The position numbers were made by a program, and so were the translations under genes. Below are positions 18,425 through 25,142 of a stretch of DNA of 25,142 bases, piece after piece; position 1 is the first letter of the stretch; the number at the start of each line of letters is the position of its first letter. The notes below the pieces were generated by a model. It was given only the letters and a program-made list of their open reading frames with translations. It did no database searches and was not told where the DNA came from. Origin of the DNA: Armatimonadota bacterium (lineage in GTDB: Bacteria > Armatimonadota > Hebobacteria > CAIYQO01); the NCBI GenBank assembly GCA_038248345.1, contig JBBRXO010000030.1, positions 1 through 25,142 of the forward strand. The letters run 5' to 3'.

Positions 18425-18477
18425 ACCGGGTAACGATATACTAAGTTGTCTGACGGACAGTATCTAAGGAGCCATAT

Positions 18478-19524
18478 ATGCCCGAATTACGGAAAGACTC
18501 TATAACGCAGGAATGGGTTATCATCGCCACCGAGAGGGGACGAAGACCGTCTGATTTTAATAATAATTCTACTATTGAGCCTGACAGGGAGTCTTATAAC
18601 TCAACTTGCCCGTTCTGTCCCGGGAAAGAAGGATTGACGCCCCCGGAGGTATTGGGGTTTCGCGAGCCAGGTGAGGGACATATGGCGGACTGGTGGGTGC
18701 GGGTGGTGCCCAATAAATATCCAGCGTTGGCAATTGAAGGTAGTCTGTCACGGCGCGGCAATGGTATGTATGACGTGATGAATGGGGTGGGGGCACATGA
18801 GGTAATTATCGAATCCCCGCTACACAATGCCGACCCGTCTAAGATGACACAATGGCAAATGGCGGAGATATTCTGGGCGTACCGTGAACGCTATATTGAT
18901 CTGCGCAAAGATGATCGCTTCAAGTATATCCTGGTATTTCGCAACCATGGCAAAGTGGCCGGAGCATCGTTGGAGCATCCACATTCGCAATTGATTGCCA
19001 CCCCTATGTTGCCCATTGATGTGATAAATGAGATACAGGGGGCGGAACGCTATCATCAATTCCATGAACGGTGTATCTGGTGTGACATGGTGCAACAGGA
19101 GATTGAGCAGGAAGCGCGCGTGGTGATAGAGACGGAAAACTTCCTCGCCTTTGAACCCTTCGCCGCCAAATATCCATTTGAAACATGGCTGCTGCCCAAG
19201 CATCATCAGGCGTCGTTCATCAGTCTAACCCGTGAAGAGGTGCTGGAATTTGCCGGTTTAATGCAGAATGTTTTGCAGAAGATCGCCGGGTGTCTGAATT
19301 CACCACCGTATAACTTTGCCATTCATACTGCCCCGTGTGACCGCGAACATTCGGACATCTTTCACTGGCACTTGGTGATCATGCCGCGTCTCACCATTGC
19401 CGCGGGCTTTGAGATGGGCACCGGCATCTATATCAATGTCACAAGTCCGGAAGACGCCGCTCGTTTCCTGCGCGAAACTGAGATCGCCGTTATCGAAGAG
19501 GAAGTTAGTTACGCGCAAGGGTAA
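18478..19524 (+). CDS. galT: Galactose-1-phosphate uridylyltransferase (GalT/HIT family)
   Basis: ELRKD...WVIIATERGRRP, CPFCPG, VVPNKYPAL, GAHEVIIESP and the catalytic GASLEHPHSQ. Confidence 0.93.
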   Translation: MPELRKDSITQEWVIIATERGRRPSDFNNNSTIEPDRESYNSTCPFCPGKEGLTPPEVLGFREPGEGHMADWWVRVVPNKYPALAIEGSLSRRGNGMYDVMNGVGAHEVIIESPLHNADPSKMTQWQMAEIFWAYRERYIDLRKDDRFKYILVFRNHGKVAGASLEHPHSQLIATPMLPIDVINEIQGAERYHQFHERCIWCDMVQQEIEQEARVVIETENFLAFEPFAAKYPFETWLLPKHHQASFISLTREEVLEFAGLMQNVLQKIAGCLNSPPYNFAIHTAPCDREHSDIFHWHLVIMPRLTIAAGFEMGTGIYINVTSPEDAARFLRETEIAVIEEEVSYAQG

Positions 19525-19558
19525 GTGATCAAGTGGATCGAAAGAGAATTGAGCTTTT

Positions 19559-20221
19559 ATGATGGATAATATGAAGGCAGAAAAACGTTCACGACCTGAT
19601 TTGATATTATCGTCAGTTGTTCTCCTCATCACAGCTGTCATGGTTCCGTTTATAATCCAGACGGTAACGGAATCGGATTCCGGTTTTTCGATGGTTCTAG
19701 TAATCCTCATAGCCGTTCTTTTCCTCGCTGCACTCTGGTATTCGATGCAGTATATGCTGTTGGCTTTTCTCAAACGGCAGGTAAAGGTGGAGTGGGCGAC
19801 GTTGGAAACTTCGCTGGCGCGGCGGCGTACCTATGCTACGTCACTGACGCAAGAGTGGCTGCAAGCCTTACCAGTGCGTGCTGTACTCGTAGCAGGAATC
19901 AGCGAGACCATGGCCCTTGCGGGGAAGGCTCCAACTAAAGCGGAAAAACTTACCAGTGAGGCAATACTGGGAGAAAAGCTGAAACTCTTCGTGGCGTTTG
20001 TTGCCAAATTGCCCTCTGCAGATGATATCAGCCCGCAGATGCGCCAGGTTGTACCCGCACTACGCAATATTCGCGATATTGGGCGTGAGATCTACACGCA
20101 GCAGGCTGGCTACGACATGGTCGTCACTATCTTCAACAATGCCATCCGCGGCACCCGCTGGTCCGCTCTACCATTCATCATGGCGATTGTGGAGGAGGAC
20201 ATGGCGGGGGAGCTGGTGTAG
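19559..20221 (+). CDS. Membrane protein with a divergent LemA-like domain
   Basis: Two N-terminal TM helices, then VKVEWATLETSLARRR, SEAILGEKLKLFVA and YDMVVTIFNNAIR, which parallel LemA helices in order. Confidence 0.55.
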   Translation: MMDNMKAEKRSRPDLILSSVVLLITAVMVPFIIQTVTESDSGFSMVLVILIAVLFLAALWYSMQYMLLAFLKRQVKVEWATLETSLARRRTYATSLTQEWLQALPVRAVLVAGISETMALAGKAPTKAEKLTSEAILGEKLKLFVAFVAKLPSADDISPQMRQVVPALRNIRDIGREIYTQQAGYDMVVTIFNNAIRGTRWSALPFIMAIVEEDMAGELV

Positions 20222-20229
20222 TTTTTTTC

Positions 20230-20305
20230 AACACAGAGGCACAGAGGACACAGAGGACACGGATAGGAAAAATATTCTTCTCCGTGTCCTCTGTGCCTCT
20301 GTGTT
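20230..20305. repeat. Intergenic inverted repeat built from CACAGAGG(A) units
   Basis: 20281-20305 TCCGTGTCCTCTGTGCCTCTGTGTT is the reverse complement of the left arm (20230-20263) once one extra 9-bp CAGAGGACA unit is removed. Confidence 0.75.
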
Positions 20306-20335
20306 AAATAGAAAAACACACAGCACAATCACCTG

Positions 20336-20364
20336 TTTGCATATTCCCCGGCTAGCGGTATAAT
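20336..20364 (+). promoter_or_regulatory. rarA promoter, probably leaderless
   Basis: TTGCAT-16 nt-TATAAT ending 6 nt before the ATG; no SD. Confidence 0.55.
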
Positions 20365-20370
20365 GTCTGT

Positions 20371-21684
20371 ATGGATCTATTTGATGATGGTATTGATGCA
20401 GGAATTTCGCCTAATGCGCCGCTGGCGGCACGTATGCGGCCACGCACCCTTGATGAGGTGGTGGGGCAGGAGGAAGTGCTGGGGCCAGCATCTCCGCTGC
20501 GTCGTGCCATTGAGGCGGACGAGCTGACCTCGCTTATCCTCTGGGGGCCGCCGGGGTGTGGCAAGACTACCATCGCGGGCATCATCGCCCACCACACGCA
20601 GGCGCATTTCGAGCCGTTTTCGGCAGTCACCAGTGGCGTGCCGGAGCTGCGCAAGCAAATTGCAGCCGCGCGCGAACGGCGCAAGCTCTTCCACAGACGT
20701 ACCATCCTCTTCGTAGATGAAATCCACCGTTTTAATAAAGCGCAGCAGGACGCCTTCCTGCCGGTAGTGGAGGACGGCACTATCATCCTGGTGGGGGCCA
20801 CCACCGAGAACCCGTACTTCGAGATCAACGCCCCGCTCATCTCCCGCTCACGCCTGGTGGTACTGCAATCGCTCAGCGAGGATGCCGTCGCGCAGGTGCT
20901 CGAGAGTGCGCTGGCAGATGTGGAGCGCGGACTGGGGCAGTTCAAGCTGACGTTGGATGACGACGCGCGGGCGCATATCATCCGCATTGCTGACGGTGAT
21001 GCGCGCACTGCCTTGACCGCACTGGCAGAGGCGGCGAAGATCGCGGGCCGCAATGCCGCTATTACTCTGGATATCGCCGAAGAGGGGATGCAACGACGTG
21101 CCCTGCGCTACGACAAGGACGGCGACCAGCATTACGATATCATCAGCGCTTTTATCAAGTCAATGCGCGGCAGTGACCCGGACGCCGCGCTCTACTGGAT
21201 GGCGCGCATGATCGAGGCAGGCGAGGATCCGCGCTTCATCGCCCGGCGCATTGTGGTACACGCCAGCGAGGACGTGGGCAATGCCGATCCGCTGGCGCTG
21301 CTGGTGGCCACCGCCGCCGCGCAGGCGGTGGAGTTCGTCGGCCTCCCCGAGGCGCGCATCAACTTGGCGCAAGCCGTGGAGTATATCGCTTGCGCCCCCA
21401 AAAGCAACGCTACCGTGGTGGCCATCGACCGCGCCCAGGCCGACGTGCGCAGCGGCAAACTGGCACCCGTGCCGATACACCTGCGCGATGCCAGCTACAA
21501 AGGGGCGAAGAAACTCGGCCACGGCCAGGGCTACGACTACCCGCACAGCCACCCCAACCACTATGTAGACCAGGAGTACCTCCCCGAAGGCGCCAAGTCA
21601 CAGCCGTACTACGAACCCAGCGACCAGGGCTACGAGAAGAAGATACGTGAGCGGCTGAAGGGGTGGAAGGGGGAGAGTGAATAA
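20371..21684 (+). CDS. rarA: Replication-associated recombination protein A (RarA/MgsA AAA+ ATPase)
   Basis: PLAARMRP, WGPPGCGKTT, DEIHRFNKAQQD, GATTENP, HYDIISAFIKSMRGSDPDAA and EDVGNADP. Confidence 0.97.
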   Translation: MDLFDDGIDAGISPNAPLAARMRPRTLDEVVGQEEVLGPASPLRRAIEADELTSLILWGPPGCGKTTIAGIIAHHTQAHFEPFSAVTSGVPELRKQIAAARERRKLFHRRTILFVDEIHRFNKAQQDAFLPVVEDGTIILVGATTENPYFEINAPLISRSRLVVLQSLSEDAVAQVLESALADVERGLGQFKLTLDDDARAHIIRIADGDARTALTALAEAAKIAGRNAAITLDIAEEGMQRRALRYDKDGDQHYDIISAFIKSMRGSDPDAALYWMARMIEAGEDPRFIARRIVVHASEDVGNADPLALLVATAAAQAVEFVGLPEARINLAQAVEYIACAPKSNATVVAIDRAQADVRSGKLAPVPIHLRDASYKGAKKLGHGQGYDYPHSHPNHYVDQEYLPEGAKSQPYYEPSDQGYEKKIRERLKGWKGESE

Positions 21685-21753
21685 AAGGCGTGCATAGAAT
21701 GTGGCGCTTGCGTGGATAGTTGCCCCATTACTGCTATCGAGTTGCGGGAGTAG
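21677..21753 (+). pseudogene. Stranded single-cluster 4Fe-4S ferredoxin motif (frameshifted mini-gene, remnant or read-through tail)
   Basis: 21685-21753 reads KACIECGACVDSCPITAIELRE* (CxxCxxCxxxCP) in the rarA frame. GTG at 21677 after a G-rich SD-like run is one base out of frame. Confidence 0.6.
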
Positions 21754-21763
21754 TGGCGGAACT

Positions 21764-23119
21764 CTACCAGAAAAACGGTATCAGCATCACCAGTTTATAG
21801 AGTATCGCGGAGGCGATGGCGCAGGTGGGGATGGTGAAGAACCAGGCGGAAACGATATTGCCCGCCACCCCCCAACGCACGGCAGAGAGACGCTTGGAGG
21901 CGCCAATGCCGAGGATGGAGGAGGAGATGACGTGGGTGGTGCTGATGGGCACGCCGAAGTGGGTAACCAACTGGATGGTGGCCCCGGCGACGGCCTCAGC
22001 CACGAAGCCGTGTACTGGCGCGAGTTTGATGATCTTATGCCCAAGTGTCTGAATAACCTTCATCCCGCCGAAGCCGGTGCCCAGCGCGATGACGGCGGCG
22101 CAGGTGATCTTTACCCATAATTGTATCTCAGGGTGTCCATCGTTGCCGTTCTGCATCCCCCCCGCAATCAGCGCCATAGTGATGATACCCATGGCTTTCT
22201 GGGCATCATTGGAACCGTGCGAGAAGGCCATCATCGCCGAAGAAAGTAACTGCCAGAAACGAAATTGCTTGTTGATCTTCCACGGGGCCACGTTGCGGAA
22301 TATCCAGGAGACGAGCAGCATTAGCGCCCAACCAGCAGTGAAGGCGATGAGTGGCGCCAGCACGATCCACATACCCAGCGTCATCATATAATTTTTATTG
22401 AGTGGAATACCACTCACCAGAAAGACGCCGATCAACCCGCCGAAGAGCGAGTGAGAAGTACTCACCGGCATACCGATACGCGCGGTGTAGAAGCTCCAGG
22501 CGCTGGCGCCCACCAGTCCGCAGAGGATCATAATCGGCGTGATAGACAGATGAAGCGCACTCACCTGTGACATGTCAGCAAATTTTGAGGCGATATTTTT
22601 CGCCACTGCGCTAAAGAGCAGGGCACCAAGTAAGTTCAGCACGGCCGCCATGGTCAATGCCGCTACCGGCGAGAGCACACGGGTGCTGATGACGGTGGCG
22701 ATGGCGTTGCCGGCGTCGTGCATACCATTGACGTAGTCGAATACCAGCGCGGTGACGATGACTGCCAGCACAATGATGGTGTTGGTAGATACGCCCAGGT
22801 GTGAAGCGAGTACACCCATCAACACCAATGATAACATGACCACGCCAATGATAGTGAAGGTCTGGCGGTTTTCACTGGGTGGGGATAATTGGTCTAGCCG
22901 CTCCTCCACACACTTCTCGGTTGTTCTAGCGAATTGATAAAGCGGGAACGGCGAGTATATTTGCTGGTCGCAACCTTCAGTGGCACAGCCGGTTTCTTCT
23001 TCCCAGCATTGGCGATGATGTACCGCGTTGCAGTCCTCACAGAAGACGGCTTCGTTTTCTTCGGTGATCGGTTTGTTACAATTCGGGCAGATATGTTCAA
23101 TTGTCTTTGATGCTGACAT
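21764..23119 (-). CDS. pit: Inorganic phosphate transporter (PiT family) with N-terminal RING-finger-like domain
   Basis: PiT signatures NGMHDAGNAIAT, PVSTSH, HGSNDAQKAMG and PISTTH. N-terminal CPNC-x12-CEDC-x3-HH-x2-CW-x5-C-x4-C. Confidence 0.92.
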   Translation of the reverse strand: MSASKTIEHICPNCNKPITEENEAVFCEDCNAVHHRQCWEEETGCATEGCDQQIYSPFPLYQFARTTEKCVEERLDQLSPPSENRQTFTIIGVVMLSLVLMGVLASHLGVSTNTIIVLAVIVTALVFDYVNGMHDAGNAIATVISTRVLSPVAALTMAAVLNLLGALLFSAVAKNIASKFADMSQVSALHLSITPIMILCGLVGASAWSFYTARIGMPVSTSHSLFGGLIGVFLVSGIPLNKNYMMTLGMWIVLAPLIAFTAGWALMLLVSWIFRNVAPWKINKQFRFWQLLSSAMMAFSHGSNDAQKAMGIITMALIAGGMQNGNDGHPEIQLWVKITCAAVIALGTGFGGMKVIQTLGHKIIKLAPVHGFVAEAVAGATIQLVTHFGVPISTTHVISSSILGIGASKRLSAVRWGVAGNIVSAWFFTIPTCAIASAILYKLVMLIPFFW

Positions 23120-23156
23120 ATGGATAACAGTTTTCCTTCAAGCGAGGCTACCCCGC

Positions 23157-23783
23157 TCAGGCATTTTTTACCACTACACTTTCGATCACGTCGGCCAGGT
23201 CTTCGCAGGTATCCATCGCGTTCTCGATCTGTTCCACAATCTCTTTCCAGCGGATTAACTCCAGCGCATCGCCCTGCTTAAAGAGCTGCCCCAGCGCCTC
23301 ACGGTAGATCTTGTCGCCGGCATTCTCCAGCCGGTTGATTTCGATGCAATGGGTGACAATCTCCTTGCGTTGGCGTAGGTCACGCAGCATGTAAATGACC
23401 TTGCGCACTTCCTGGGTAGTGGTGACCAGCAGCTTGGCCAGCTCTTTACTCGCCGGGTGGGGGGTGATTACCTGATAGAGAACTAATCGTTCGGAGGCAG
23501 CCTGAACATAGTCAATAACGTCGTCCAGATGACTGGCGATGGCGCGGATGTCCTCCGGGTCGAGCGGGGTGACGAAAGTGCGGTTGAGCTTGTCCATGAC
23601 CTGATGAATGACATTGTCGCCTTTATGCTCCAGATCGCTGATCTGTTTGCGATAGACTCCGGCATTGCCGAAATCATCAAGCATATGCTCCAATGTCTCG
23701 CTGGATGCGACCATGATATTCGCCGCATCCTCAAAGAAACCAAAAAAATGCTCGTCATGCGGCATTAATTTTAATCGGCCCAC
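23157..23783 (-). CDS. DUF47 / PhoU-like Pit accessory protein
   Basis: GTG start after AGGAGG. LEHKGD, LNRTFVTPLDPEDI, LDDVID, INRLENAGD and DTCEDLAD; directly upstream of pit. Confidence 0.92.
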   Translation of the reverse strand: MGRLKLMPHDEHFFGFFEDAANIMVASSETLEHMLDDFGNAGVYRKQISDLEHKGDNVIHQVMDKLNRTFVTPLDPEDIRAIASHLDDVIDYVQAASERLVLYQVITPHPASKELAKLLVTTTQEVRKVIYMLRDLRQRKEIVTHCIEINRLENAGDKIYREALGQLFKQGDALELIRWKEIVEQIENAMDTCEDLADVIESVVVKNA

Positions 23784-23891
23784 TGTTGCCTCCTGCTGAT
23801 CAATATCAGCCTTTATACCGGTACAGCAGTCATAATTATGTGCCGGTGCTACCCTTCAGGTATACCGCCGCGCTGACTACCGTGCTTAATA

Positions 23892-23930
23892 TTAACACAG
23901 TCTTAACGGATTGCCAACAATAAACTAACA
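23892..23930. promoter_or_regulatory. Candidate Pho-box-like array (four hexamers at 11-bp period)
   Basis: TTAACA 23892, TTAACG 23903, CCAACA 23914, CTAACA 23925; about 110-150 bp upstream of the DUF47-pit operon. Confidence 0.5.
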
Positions 23931-24099
23931 ATTGTCGCTGGGTTGCGGTTGGATCGTTCCTGCGCAGGTATTGCATAAGGCGGAGCTACTCACTGGCGAT
24001 GGCCAATAAATGCCGTGCCAGCCAGCAGCCGACCACCGTGCCGGTACGGTCTTTCCCACCCCAGCAGTAGAGATACATCGGCGTGTATTGCCCTACAGC
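23911..24099 (-). pseudogene. Fragment of a protein-tyrosine/dual-specificity phosphatase gene
   Basis: Minus frame AVGQYTPMYLYCWGGKDRTGTVVGCWLARHLLAIASE*LRLMQYLRRNDPTATQRQLLVYCW. Cx5R P-loop intact, usual His replaced by Tyr, in-frame TAG at 23986-23988, N-terminal half absent. Confidence 0.7.
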
Positions 24100-24578
24100 G
24101 CAATAGGGAATTATTGGTAGGTAGTAAGGCATACCAATAAATGAGCTTTTTCGCTGTTTTGGCGGTTATTTTGCAGAAGAACCGCTCTGGTACTACTCCG
24201 CTTCCTCCTCGCTACAACTCCCATCACGTGATATTATTCACAAAGTTGGGGTGGAAGAGGATTTTTGATTAATAGTAGGTTGTAGTTGTTAATTGCAAAT
24301 GAGTTTGATGCTTGCTTCTTTAAAAAACTGCGCTACCGTTCACAACAGAGCAAAGAATCAGTAGGGTCACTATCAAAAGGGTTACCAGCGAATCAATTTT
24401 ATAGAAATCCAATCTGCCGACTAGCTGTTATTAGGCACGGACGTATTTTGGCAGTATCACTATCTACAAATTATCTTTGAAATATCCTGGTCTCTCTACT
24501 AAAGTGACGGATTTGTACATCACATACATGGTAAACTTATATTTAGCTTTTTGGTAGTGGGAAATAGGAGCAATAATC

Positions 24579-25142
24579 ATGGATGTTCTTTCTTTGTGGG
24601 GTAAGACTGGTAGCGATAATCAGTATCACCCGTTGTTGTACCATATGTTGGATGTTGCTGCGGTGGCAGTAGAACTTGGGAAGCGTTTTCCCCAATCGCT
24701 ACTATTTCCGCCTGATACACTAGCATATGTGACAGCATTGCATGATCTGGGGAAAGCAGATTGGCTTTTTCAGAACAAGTCTATAGAGCAAGTAGAACGA
24801 TTGCAGAAAGAAGGTTGCTGTTTACCCCCAATTAACCAGAGTAGTAAGGGGTATCGGCATGAGGGGCGTAGCGCCGAGTGGTTACGCGACCATTTACTTG
24901 AGGAGTTAAAGTGGGGAGTAGATGAGGTAAATGTTGTAGCACAAGCAATCGGGTACCATCACAGCAAAATTAATATCTCCAATCCCGAAGATGACCCGCG
25001 TGATCCAGAAGTGCGACGCTGGAAAGGATACCGCGATGAACTGGCAATGCGGGTACACGATATTATAAAACCTGCTCCGTGGCAACCAGAAACGTTTTCC
25101 CATGCTGGGGCTGCTGGCATTCGTTTCGCAGGCTTGCTGGTA
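24579..25142 (+). CDS. cas3: CRISPR-associated Cas3, N-terminal HD nuclease domain (type I-E-like); runs off the window end
   Basis: AGGAG SD and ATG 24579; open to the end. LWGKT...YHPLLYHMLDVAAVA, ALHDLGKADWLFQNK, YRHE, AIGYHH, ending FAGLLV where the xxADW motif would follow. Confidence 0.9.
   Translation, partial: MDVLSLWGKTGSDNQYHPLLYHMLDVAAVAVELGKRFPQSLLFPPDTLAYVTALHDLGKADWLFQNKSIEQVERLQKEGCCLPPINQSSKGYRHEGRSAEWLRDHLLEELKWGVDEVNVVAQAIGYHHSKINISNPEDDPRDPEVRRWKGYRDELAMRVHDIIKPAPWQPETFSHAGAAGIRFAGLLV

Noticed and set aside
24049..24080. GTCTTTCCCACCCCAGCAGTAGAGATACATCG loosely resembles a type I-E CRISPR repeat
   Set aside because: Single copy, needs a 3-nt gap, lacks the repeat hairpin, and is fully explained as the antisense of the phosphatase YCWGGKDR codons. 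Revisit only if the real array repeat matches.
24286..24480. 64-aa ORF upstream of cas3 as a possible regulator or anti-CRISPR
   Set aside because: TTG start without a clear SD, no HTH or other motif, random-looking composition.
24906..25103. 65-aa minus-strand ORF
   Set aside because: Antisense to the cas3 HD domain.

Overview
Bacterial chromosomal window; the gene mix tentatively suggests an anaerobe or facultative anaerobe such as an Armatimonadota/PVC-like organism (inference only). It is mostly housekeeping: ribD, secG, two tRNA-Leu, a ferredoxin/alpha/beta 2-oxoacid:ferredoxin oxidoreductase operon with no gamma subunit, a YdcF/DUF218 protein, a NUDIX hydrolase, smc, tRNA-Arg(CCG), galT, a divergent LemA-like gene, rarA and a DUF47-Pit phosphate uptake operon. 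The centre (10.4-18.0 kb) holds two large, convergent, paralogous secreted proteins (FlgD-Ig, beta-propeller and CBM9-like domains) of unknown function. The ORF track misses three coding features: the 5' part of a type I-E-like cas3 (HD domain) at the right edge, a stranded 4Fe-4S ferredoxin motif in frame just after the rarA stop, and a decayed Cx5R tyrosine-phosphatase fragment. The most unusual protein is the Pit transporter, which carries an N-terminal prokaryotic RING-finger-like domain and has a 4 x 11-bp Pho-box-like array upstream of its operon. No CRISPR array lies inside the window.
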